DNA of 64,000 nt from Nitrospirota bacterium (lineage in GTDB: Bacteria; Nitrospirota; Thermodesulfovibrionia; Thermodesulfovibrionales; Dissulfurispiraceae), in assembly GCA_963710375.1 (NCBI GenBank), contig CAVPZX010000005.1, positions 256,001 through 320,000 on the forward strand, read 5' to 3'. Made by a program: the position numbers and the translations under genes. Positions 39,030 through 47,782 of this stretch are shown here, in pieces; the stretch's first letter is position 1; every line of letters starts with the position of its first letter. Below the pieces are notes generated by a model, which saw only the letters and a program-made list of their open reading frames with translations, was not told the DNA's origin and did no database searches.

Positions 39030-39626
39030 ATGAAATTGGCCCTTTTCGACTTTGACGGCACTATAACCCGGAAGGACAGCTTTGCAGATTTCTTTCTTCA
39101 TACAGTGGGTGGTATACGTTTCTCGCTGGGATTCCTTGTCATGAGTCCGGTTATCGCTCTTTACAAGCTTGGTGTTATTGCAAATGATAAAGCCAAAGAA
39201 ATGGTCTTGTCTCATTTCTTTAAAGGATGGAACATAAACGAATTTAAAGAGACCGCCCAGCATTATTCCAACGAAAGACTGCCCGGGCTGGTCAGGAAAG
39301 AGGCCATGGAAAGGCTCTTGTGGCATAAGGAACAAGGTCATGTTGTAGTCGTTATTTCAGCCTCTATTGAATGTTGGTTGGAAGGTTGGTGTTCTATGTA
39401 TGGGGTCGATCTTATCGCAACAAAATTGGAATGCAAGGATGGAAAATTGACAGGCAGATTTTCGACGGAGAACTGTTACGGGGGCGAAAAAGTTCGGAGG
39501 CTTAGGGAAAAATATGTTCCGGAAGCTTTTGACTATATTTATGCATACGGTGACAGTCAGGGCGACAGGGAAATGTTACAGTTGGCAGATGAACCGTACT
39601 ACCAAACATTCGAAGCTACAAGATGA
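39030..39626 (+). CDS. HAD-IB family phosphatase
   Basis: FDFDGTIT, ISAS, NCYGGEKV, AYGDSQGD. Confidence 0.9.
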   Translation: MKLALFDFDGTITRKDSFADFFLHTVGGIRFSLGFLVMSPVIALYKLGVIANDKAKEMVLSHFFKGWNINEFKETAQHYSNERLPGLVRKEAMERLLWHKEQGHVVVVISASIECWLEGWCSMYGVDLIATKLECKDGKLTGRFSTENCYGGEKVRRLREKYVPEAFDYIYAYGDSQGDREMLQLADEPYYQTFEATR

Positions 39627-41224
39627 AACTGAATATTGGTTGTGGAGCAGACTATCGAGAAGGATTTATTAATATAGATGGAAGGGATGATCTTGGGAAA
39701 GTGGACAAGGTCATCAATCTTAGTGAAGAATCCCTGCTGGATTACTTCAAAGAAAGGGAAGTGGACTATATACTTGCCCATGATTTTATTGAGCATCACT
39801 TCCATTGGCAAGCGGTGGAGTTGCTGAAGTGCTTTCATGCCCTCCTAAAGCCGGGAGGAGTGCTTGAGATGCGCCTCCCCGATTTTGAGTTTATTATTTC
39901 TTCTCCGGAGATGGCGTCTGAGCCTAAAATCACCCTCCTCTTCGGTGGGCAGGATATGCCGCAGGGCGAGGCAGACCCGACTTCCAGGAAGCGGTTCCCT
40001 GAATTTTTCTGCCACAAGTACTCATATACAAAAGCAACTATGAAACGAGAGCTTGAAAAAGCCGGATTTCTTGTAACGAGGATTGAGCAGGAAGGCACTA
40101 ATTTTGTGATAAAGTCAGCTAAGCAGCCCGCCACCATAAAAGAAACATCTTCAATGATGCTCCCGGAAATGAATAGCTTACCACATATGATCAATAAGTC
40201 TGTTTCTGGTAAAATCAATACCATGAATATCCTGGTTTCTTCAACAAGGCAGTGGAATCCGGGCGACGAATTTATTCTTATGGGTGTCCGCAATCTTTTC
40301 GAAGAGGCGCTTGGACCAGTGGGAATAAATTGGGTATTGTATGACAGGAACCCGGATCTGTTTGTTGACGGATTCTCCACTCATCAGCGAAAAGAGACAA
40401 TTTGGGGGAATTCATATCACCACGATTCGCCCGAATGCTTTAATTTGGCCCTGGTGGCTGGGACTCCTGAGTGGATGGGCAGGCCCCTGGAGGGTTTCTA
40501 TAGCACGGTCAGGAGGGGGCGCCTGCCTCTTTATATTATTGGGGCGGGATATATAGATGCCCCCATAGTTTTTTCAGAAGATGAAATGTACTGCCTTAAG
40601 AACACACTTAAGTTAGCGATTACGAGGGATGAATATGCCTCTCGTGCCCTGAATGAAATTGGTGTGCAACATGAAATACTGCCATGCCCGGCCCTGTTTG
40701 CTTCAACATGGGAGAGCGTCCCTCACGTCGTTAAAAAAATAGGCTTCATTATCCAAACCAACAAGACCGTTAATCAAAAAGTAACTGAGGAGCTATCGTA
40801 TGCGTGCGCTCATACGGTCAACCAATTAAGGAAGAAGGGGTTTGAGGTCGATGTCGTTTGTCATTATATAGATGAGTTCGTGGAATTTACAAAGGTTCTT
40901 TCACCTGTCAGATATTCATACGATTCACTCGACTATATCGATATGATAGGCAGTTATGACCTCGTGCTCTCAACGCGCCTGCACGGCGCAATATTGGCCA
41001 ATTCCATGGGCAAACCGGCAATAATGCTCAACAATGATGATTCAAGGTGCACGGGCGCAGCAATGCTCTTCCCTTTTATTTATGTTTCAACCCCTGAGAA
41101 TATAATCAACGATGTCATTGCCTTTGATCCGAAGAATGCCGAGCAGCTTGTCCAATGGAAGGCCGGTATAAAAGACAGGTATCTATCTTTATTAAGGGAA
41201 GCCATTTCGCACGGTATCGAGTAA
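39623..41224 (+). CDS. Methyltransferase plus polysaccharide pyruvyl transferase-like fusion
   Basis: N-terminal LNIGCG...FIEH...LKPGG; C-terminal NPGDEFI, ITRD, CPALF, STRLHGAI. Confidence 0.8.
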   Translation: MKLNIGCGADYREGFINIDGRDDLGKVDKVINLSEESLLDYFKEREVDYILAHDFIEHHFHWQAVELLKCFHALLKPGGVLEMRLPDFEFIISSPEMASEPKITLLFGGQDMPQGEADPTSRKRFPEFFCHKYSYTKATMKRELEKAGFLVTRIEQEGTNFVIKSAKQPATIKETSSMMLPEMNSLPHMINKSVSGKINTMNILVSSTRQWNPGDEFILMGVRNLFEEALGPVGINWVLYDRNPDLFVDGFSTHQRKETIWGNSYHHDSPECFNLALVAGTPEWMGRPLEGFYSTVRRGRLPLYIIGAGYIDAPIVFSEDEMYCLKNTLKLAITRDEYASRALNEIGVQHEILPCPALFASTWESVPHVVKKIGFIIQTNKTVNQKVTEELSYACAHTVNQLRKKGFEVDVVCHYIDEFVEFTKVLSPVRYSYDSLDYIDMIGSYDLVLSTRLHGAILANSMGKPAIMLNNDDSRCTGAAMLFPFIYVSTPENIINDVIAFDPKNAEQLVQWKAGIKDRYLSLLREAISHGIE

Positions 41225-41246
41225 TGAAAATAAGATTGCCTGAGTT

Positions 41247-41275
41247 TTGACGAGAGTATAACTAATCGTCATACT
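41247..41275 (+). promoter_or_regulatory. Putative sigma70 promoter (possibly leaderless) of the antitoxin remnant
   Basis: TTGACG, 17 nt, CATACT; imperfect palindrome AGTATAAC/GTCATACT; ATG 7 nt downstream with no RBS. Confidence 0.45.
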
Positions 41276-41281
41276 ATAAAT

Positions 41282-41537
41282 ATGAAAAAAAGCTATATCC
41301 ATTCCAGACAAGGTTTTTAAGGAAGTCGAAGACGTCTCCAAAAAAAACAAATTTTCCAGGAGCGAACTGATAACCTTTGCAGTGAGAGAATATCTTGAGA
41401 GAATAAAAAACCGGCAGCTTTTGGAAGACCTTAACTGGTCCTATTCAGAAGAGGAAACGGAAAAAGAAATATCGGTGGAACTGCGAAAGAAGAAATACTA
41501 TACCCACAGGATTTTAAGGGCCTGCAACTCTAAATAA
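41282..41537 (+). pseudogene. RHH/ChpI-like antitoxin, frameshifted in the A7 run after ATG, no toxin partner
   Basis: MK(K)/AISIPDKVFKEVEDVSKKNKFSRSELITFAVREYLER...LLEDLN. Confidence 0.7.
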
Positions 41538-41627
41538 CTGCCTTGAACAATCCTAACAATTTCTTTTGAAAGCAAAACAGTGCGCTAACTATTTTGCTTT
41601 CACGCAAATTTGTTGTATAAAACTCGA

Positions 41628-42800
41628 GTGCTGAAAGATCGGTATCTCACCCAGTATATTGTAGAAGACCTGAAGGACAAAATGGTCTTTGTCGGAGGGC
41701 CCCGACAGGTAGGAAAGACGACCCTCTGCCGGAACTTTGTTGCGGCCTCTTTCAGGAGCCACGCTTACTTCAATTGGGACAACAGGGCTGACAGAAAGGC
41801 GATTATGGCAGCCTCGTGGCCGGGTAACGCCGAACTTCTTATCTTTGATGAAATCCACAAATACCGGCACTGGAAGGGGCTCATAAAGGGCGAATACGAC
41901 AAGCTTAAGGATAGGTTCAAGTTTATCGTTACCGGCAATGCCAGGCTTGACCTCTATAGAAGGGGCGGCGATTCCCTGCAGGGGAGGTATCATTACTACA
42001 GGCTTCACCCCTTTTCATTGGCTGAGATAGAAGGCATCCCTTACAGGGCCTCGGTGTTCCGCGAAATACCTTTGGGGCAGGAATTTTATCAGGATGCCCT
42101 GGTTATGCTGGACGGCTTCGGAGGCTTTCCCGAGCCTGTCACCGGGCAGAGCAAACGGCAGCTCAGGCGCTGGCACAATGAGAAGATAGAAAGGATGTTT
42201 CGGGAAGACATACTGGATGTCCAGGCAATCCGGGATATCGGCAACATGAAACTACTGAGCGACATCCTGCCCTCAAAGGTCGGCTCCCTCCTGTCGCTCA
42301 ACGCCATACGGGAAGACCTTGAGGTCAGCCATCGCGCGGTGACGCACTGGATGGATATCCTTGAAGCATTCTACTACCACTTTCGTATCTATCCTTACGC
42401 TGCAAAGAATATACGATCTCTCAAAAAAGAGCCTAAATTATACTTATGGGACTGGTCCGAGATTGAGGATGAGGCTGCACGCTTCGAGAATCTTGTCGCA
42501 TCCCATCTTCTCAAATTCGTACATTTCATAGTAGATCATGAAGGTCATAAGGCGGAACTTTACTACCTGAGAGATGTGGACAAACGGGAAGCGGACTTTC
42601 TTGTGACCATAAACAAAAAACCCTGGTTCGCTGTCGAGGTGAAGCTCAATGATACTTCCCTCTCTCCGGGTCTGCTATATTTCAGGGAAAGGCTTGCTAT
42701 CCCTTACGTGTATCAAGTGGTGAAAAAAGAAAGGACTGACATGCTTGAGAAAGGGGCAAGGACCATTTCTGCCGGGAAATTCCTTGCGGGACTTTTATGA
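41628..42800 (+). CDS. AAA+ ATPase (AAA_14 plus DUF4143)
   Basis: GPRQVGKTT, FDEIHK, DSLQGR, GGFPEP, KLYLWD, FENLVA, EADFL...VEVK. Confidence 0.9.
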   Translation: MLKDRYLTQYIVEDLKDKMVFVGGPRQVGKTTLCRNFVAASFRSHAYFNWDNRADRKAIMAASWPGNAELLIFDEIHKYRHWKGLIKGEYDKLKDRFKFIVTGNARLDLYRRGGDSLQGRYHYYRLHPFSLAEIEGIPYRASVFREIPLGQEFYQDALVMLDGFGGFPEPVTGQSKRQLRRWHNEKIERMFREDILDVQAIRDIGNMKLLSDILPSKVGSLLSLNAIREDLEVSHRAVTHWMDILEAFYYHFRIYPYAAKNIRSLKKEPKLYLWDWSEIEDEAARFENLVASHLLKFVHFIVDHEGHKAELYYLRDVDKREADFLVTINKKPWFAVEVKLNDTSLSPGLLYFRERLAIPYVYQVVKKERTDMLEKGARTISAGKFLAGLL

Positions 42801-42986
42801 ATACTTGACCGGATAAAAGGAAGAAAAGAGCATTTCTTCCCTTTAGAACTTCTCGAAAACCAGTTCAAGGCGTTGGAAGCGCCTCAAAATGCTATTACTG
42901 CGCAGATTCGCAAGGCGCCTGAAGAGATATGCTCGGAACTTATCGGTCAACTTGTAAGCAAAGGATTTGTTTTTATGCCCTCCTGA
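42801..42986 (+). pseudogene. Gluconokinase C-terminal remnant
   Basis: ILDRIKGRKEHFFPLELLENQFKALEAP...PEEI resembles the GntK R..HFMP..LL.SQF..LE.P motif; no 5' half. Confidence 0.6.
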
Positions 42987-43061
42987 AGCCGGGAGGAGTG
43001 TTTTAGATGCGCCTCCCTGATTTTGAGTTTATTATATCTTCTCCGGAGATGCCGTCTGAGC
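42975..43061 (+). repeat. 87-bp degenerate direct copy of 39837-39923
   Basis: About 6 mismatches in 87 nt by eye. Confidence 0.9.
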
Positions 43062-43088
43062 TGACTTAATGGATGCTTATGGGAAAAA

Positions 43089-43175
43089 ATGAATACGGCC
43101 TTAACATTTTACATTAAAGGGTATCCCAATCTCGATCCCAAAGATGTCAAAGAGGCATTGAGATACGTTTCCTAG
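43089..43175 (+). pseudogene. DUF433-type antitoxin C-terminal remnant
   Basis: IKGYPNLDPKDVKEALRY resembles the YP.L..EDI.EAL.YA motif. Confidence 0.5.
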
Positions 43176-43280
43176 CTCGCGAAGAAGAACTTCAATCCGT
43201 TCCCGGCCACAGTAGACTTAAGGATATCCGGTCTGATAAATTAATAATACGTCTTCTTTTTGAATTATGGCACCTTCAAT

Positions 43281-44457
43281 ATGAAAATATCTATTGATTT
43301 CAAAATATTATGGGATAGCTTCGATGAGTGTCCGGACTCAGATGTTGACCGCACAGAGCCTTTAAAATCATGCATTCATAGCGGCAATGCCGGAGATATT
43401 ATTTATTCCCTGCCGACGGTAAAAGAGTTGGGCGCCAGCCATTATGTGATAAATCTATATTCTCAACCAGAAGGCGGGTGGCGAAAAATGGATTATTCCA
43501 CTGCCAGGTCATTGGCCTCCCTTTTATTGGTACAGTGTTATATCAAGAGAGTAACGATTGTGTCCAGCAATCTCCCCCTTGAATCCGTTCAACCTAAAAA
43601 TTGAGAACATAGACTTTAATCTTGACAAGTTCCGCCTGCAGGATTGGCGCAAGCATCATTTGGCAATATGCCATTCTATGGCGTTTGGGCTTTACGTGAA
43701 TTTGTATAAAAAATGGATCGACTTAGGTGAGGATTTGCCGACCGGGGATTATGTTGTTGTTTCGTTTTCTCCCCGCTATCGTTCATTAACGAGGGAGTTC
43801 TGGATTGATGTCTTGTCCGGGCTTGACAAAGTCGTTGCAATTGGAGTCCCCCAGGAATTTTATTGTATGCAAGGCATTACCGCTGACTTTGTCACATGTT
43901 CAAACATGCTCGAAATGGCACGCATTATCGGTGGAAGCCGTCTGTTTATCGGCAATCCAGGCTTGACGTATGCCATTGCCGAAGGGCTAAAAGTGCCAAG
44001 AATTGTTGAAATGTCTGCAGAATTTCCTAATGCCTACCCCATAGGGCGGTCCGGATATCTGGCTCCGAATTCTGTTACAGAGGCAAGGAATTTAATCCAG
44101 AATCTATTATCTGATTCATCAAGGGACAACCTCCTTTACCGTAATGAAACCCTTGTACGCAATGTCCTGAAACTTGAAGAGGAACTAGGCAACAAGAATG
44201 ACCGTATCAGCGATCTTGAAGCTCAAATTGGCAATCTCGACGTAAACTCTTCTAACCTGGCAAGAGAACTTCGCCAAAATGATGAGACACTGCAAGCCAT
44301 CTACACATCCCATGGATGGAAACTCCTCTCGCTTTACTACCGGATACGGGATCGCGTACTCCCCGCAAACAGCATGAGGAGGAACGCAGTGAAATTCCTC
44401 TGGAATCTCCCTAAACATGACAGCAAATCGGCAAAAGACAAGGGAAGAAGTGAATAG
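43281..44457 (+). pseudogene. GT9-like/GT-B protein with C-terminal coiled coil, frameshifted near 43590-43603
   Basis: HSGNAGDIIYSLP in ORF 43260-43604 continues as DFNLDKFR...FIGNPG...AEGLKVPR in ORF 43558-44457. Confidence 0.6.
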
Positions 44458-47400
44458 GGCTGACTTGAAAGCTATCGCGTTTTATCTGCCCCAATTCCAT
44501 CCCATTCCCGAAAACGACCAATGGTGGGGCGAGGGTTTTACAGAGTGGATCAATGTTAAAAAAGCAAAGCCGCTCTTTGAAGGCCATTGGCAGCCCCGTA
44601 TTCCCGCTGACCTTGGATATTACGACCTCCGTGATCCCCAGGTGCGGCGTGAGCAGGCCAGGCTCGCTAAGACGTACGGTCTTCACGGGTTTTGCTATTA
44701 CTATTATTGGTTCAACGGCAAAAAACTCCTCGACTTTCCATTGCAAAAAGTCCTGGAAAGCGGAGAGCCTGATTTCCCATTTTGCATGTGCTATGCGAAT
44801 GAAAACTGGACCAGGGCATGGGATGGACTGGAACAGGATATATTAATAAAGCAGGAGCACAGTCCTGAGAATGATCTGCGTTTTATTCATGACATCATCC
44901 CTATCCTGAGGGACCCGCGGTATATTAAGGTAAATAATAAACCTTTGTTACTGGTTTACAGGGCCCACCTTTTCCCGGACCCGCGAAAAACTGCAGAGTT
45001 ATGGCGTGCAGCAGTAAAAAGTGCGGGGCTGGACGACCTGTATCTCTGCAAGTGTGAAGCTTTTGGAGATTATGTGCCTCCTGAGGAAATTGGGTTTGAC
45101 GCGAATGTGGAATTCCCTCCGCTTGGCGTAAGGGAGATTCCGAGGCTGAGCGAATATGAGGAGCGTATAAGGACATCGCAGCCTCTTGTCAGCGGTTACG
45201 TCTATGATTATGAAACTGCTGCGCACGTGATTATGAGCCGGAAGTGGCCCGATTACAGGCTGTTTAGGGGTATTATGCTCGGATGGGATAACACGGCACG
45301 GCGGCGCGAGGGACCAACTATTTACCATCATTTCTCACCCGAGGTTTATGAAGAATGGCTTGCCTTTATTTCCAAACAGTCGGTGCAACAACATCTGCAA
45401 GAAGAGAGGATCGTCTTTATCAATGCGTGGAACGAATGGGCTGAGGGGACCTACCTCGAACCTGATCAGAAATACGGATTGCGTTGTCTAGAAGCAACGA
45501 AGAGGGCAATAGAATCGGCAGAGATGATACAGCATAGGGGCGCCCGTATCGGGGATCTGAAAACGTACGGCGGTAAACTGGCAGAGGTCCTGTGGTATAG
45601 AGACGCCCGTATCGGGGATCTGGAGACGCACACCAATAACATGGCCGCTCATATTACTAATCTTGAGGCTGTGATAACGGACAAAGATATGCATATTACT
45701 CATCTTGAGGCTGCGATAACGGACAAAGATATGCATATAGGGAATCTTGAGGCTGCGATAACGGACAAAGATATGCATATAGGGAATCTTGAGGCTGCGA
45801 TAACGGACAAAGATTTGCATATAGGGCAACTTGCTGCATCTTTAGGCGAAAAAGAGGCTTATATAGAGCTTATCCATTCGGGGCACGGCTGGAAACTTCT
45901 AAACAAGTATTTCCGGATGCGCGATAAACTTTTGCCTGTCGGCTCTAAAAGAAGAACTGCGGCAAAGGTGCTTTTTAGGTTGCCATGGTTGATTTCGAAA
46001 GAGAATGCCGATAAAGCCATACAGTATGTCAAAAAATATGGTCTTAAAGCCTTTCTATTAAAGTCCAAGGAAAGAGTAATTATAGACGTTGATAATCCCT
46101 ATCAACAATGGATGGATAAGAATGAACCTAATCCGATTGAACTGAAAAAGCAGAGAGAAGTAAAATTTTCTTATGAACCAAAAATAAGTATAATTGTGCC
46201 GACCTACAATACACCGGAGAATCTTTTGAAAGATATGATCGAGTCGGTTCTGGATCAATCCTATTCTAATTGGGAGTTCTGTATTGCAGATGGGAGTATG
46301 CATGATTCACTCACAAAAGAGGTTTTAAAAGAATATTCGAGGAAAGATTCAAGAATAAAAGTGTCGTTTCTTTCTGAAAATAAAGGCATAGCAGGAAATT
46401 CTAATGAGGCTTTGTCTTTAGCAAGCGGTGATTATATTGCCTTCCTGGACCACGATGATGAACTGAGTCCCGATGCCTTGTACGAAGTGGTTTCGCTCCT
46501 TAACGAGAAGCCTGAAACTGAATTCATTTACTCGGATGAGGACAAGATGAATGAAAAGGGAGAAAGATATGAGCCCCACTTCAAACCTGATTGGTCGCCG
46601 GACACATTCCGGAGCTATAACTATATTTGTCACTTCACAGTAATCAGGAAAGCGCTGGTGGATAAAGGTGGAGGTTTTCGTCCGGGGTTCGATGGCTCGC
46701 AGGATTATGATCTGTTCCTCAGGGCTACGGAAAGAACAAAGCATATAGAACATATACCAAAAATTCTGTATCACTGGCGAAGTGTAGGGGGTTCGGCAGC
46801 AGGCGATGTTACAGCGAAGACCTATGCTTTTGAAAGCGCGAAAAAGGCCCTGAGGGAGCACTTGGAGAGGGTGGGTCTGCACGGAGAAGTGCAGGACGGG
46901 CCTTTCCTGAGGTCCTACCGGACGACATACAGAATCGAGGGGAGTCCGTTGGTATCCATTATCATTCCGACCCGCGACAAAGTGGATCTGCTGAAGACAT
47001 GCCTTGAATCCGTTGCGCAGCTTACATCTTACCCGTCATACGAAATAGTAGTGATTGACAACCAGAGCGAGAGTCATGAGACGTTCCGCTATTACGATGA
47101 GTTGAAGGAAGCTGGACGAGTGCGGCTGCTGCAGTACAGCGAGCCGTTCAATTTTGCGGCGATCAACAACTATGCTGTAAAAGAAGCGAAAGGCGACCAT
47201 CTGCTCTTCTTGAACAACGATACCGAGGTTATCACTCCTGACTGGATTGAACAAATGCTTATGTACTCACTCAGGAAAGATATCGGGGCCGTTGGTGCTA
47301 AACTGTATTATCCCGATGGCTCAATCCAGCATGCAGGCGTAATTGTTGGTCTTGGCGGGGTAGCGGGACATTCACATAAGTATTTTAGCAGAGCATCCGC

Positions 47401-47770
47401 AGGTTATTTCAGCAGGCTGGAGATTGTACAAAACCTGAGTGCAGTGACGGCGGCGTGCATTATGGTCCGCCGGGATGTATTTGATGAAGCAGGCGGATTC
47501 GATGAAAGCTTTTCCCATGCCTTTAACGATGTTGATTTATGCTTGAAAATCAGACAAAAGGGGTATCTGATAGTTTTCACGCCCTATGCGGAGCTTTATC
47601 ACCACGAATCAAAAACAAGAGGGTATGAGGATTCGGCTGAAAAGCAGGAACGCTTTAAAGGGGAGATCGCACTTTTCAGACAGAAGTGGAGACATTTTCT
47701 GGAACAGGGCGACCCATACTACAATCCTAACCTGACCCTCGATAAAGAAGATTTCTCGATAAAGCTATAA
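44450..47770 (+). CDS. Multidomain glycosyltransferase: WbsX/GH99-like domain, coiled coil and two GT2 domains
   Basis: IAFYLPQFHPIPENDQWWGEGFTEW, FINAWNEWAEG; ISIIVPTYN, FLDHDD; VSIIIPTRD, FLNND, VTAAC, DPYYNPNL. Confidence 0.92.
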   Translation: MNRADLKAIAFYLPQFHPIPENDQWWGEGFTEWINVKKAKPLFEGHWQPRIPADLGYYDLRDPQVRREQARLAKTYGLHGFCYYYYWFNGKKLLDFPLQKVLESGEPDFPFCMCYANENWTRAWDGLEQDILIKQEHSPENDLRFIHDIIPILRDPRYIKVNNKPLLLVYRAHLFPDPRKTAELWRAAVKSAGLDDLYLCKCEAFGDYVPPEEIGFDANVEFPPLGVREIPRLSEYEERIRTSQPLVSGYVYDYETAAHVIMSRKWPDYRLFRGIMLGWDNTARRREGPTIYHHFSPEVYEEWLAFISKQSVQQHLQEERIVFINAWNEWAEGTYLEPDQKYGLRCLEATKRAIESAEMIQHRGARIGDLKTYGGKLAEVLWYRDARIGDLETHTNNMAAHITNLEAVITDKDMHITHLEAAITDKDMHIGNLEAAITDKDMHIGNLEAAITDKDLHIGQLAASLGEKEAYIELIHSGHGWKLLNKYFRMRDKLLPVGSKRRTAAKVLFRLPWLISKENADKAIQYVKKYGLKAFLLKSKERVIIDVDNPYQQWMDKNEPNPIELKKQREVKFSYEPKISIIVPTYNTPENLLKDMIESVLDQSYSNWEFCIADGSMHDSLTKEVLKEYSRKDSRIKVSFLSENKGIAGNSNEALSLASGDYIAFLDHDDELSPDALYEVVSLLNEKPETEFIYSDEDKMNEKGERYEPHFKPDWSPDTFRSYNYICHFTVIRKALVDKGGGFRPGFDGSQDYDLFLRATERTKHIEHIPKILYHWRSVGGSAAGDVTAKTYAFESAKKALREHLERVGLHGEVQDGPFLRSYRTTYRIEGSPLVSIIIPTRDKVDLLKTCLESVAQLTSYPSYEIVVIDNQSESHETFRYYDELKEAGRVRLLQYSEPFNFAAINNYAVKEAKGDHLLFLNNDTEVITPDWIEQMLMYSLRKDIGAVGAKLYYPDGSIQHAGVIVGLGGVAGHSHKYFSRASAGYFSRLEIVQNLSAVTAACIMVRRDVFDEAGGFDESFSHAFNDVDLCLKIRQKGYLIVFTPYAELYHHESKTRGYEDSAEKQERFKGEIALFRQKWRHFLEQGDPYYNPNLTLDKEDFSIKL
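45650..45826 (+). repeat. In-frame 42-nt (14-aa) tandem repeat, about 4.2 copies
   Basis: HI(T/G)(N/H)LEA(V/A)ITDKD(M/L) units at 45650, 45692, 45734 and 45776. Confidence 0.95.
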
Positions 47771-47782
47771 GCGCATGCAGGC

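Noticed and set aside
39837..43061. 87-bp repeat pair as a DGR template/variable repeat
   Set aside because: The mismatches are not confined to adenines, the copy is internal rather than C-terminal, and no RT is present.
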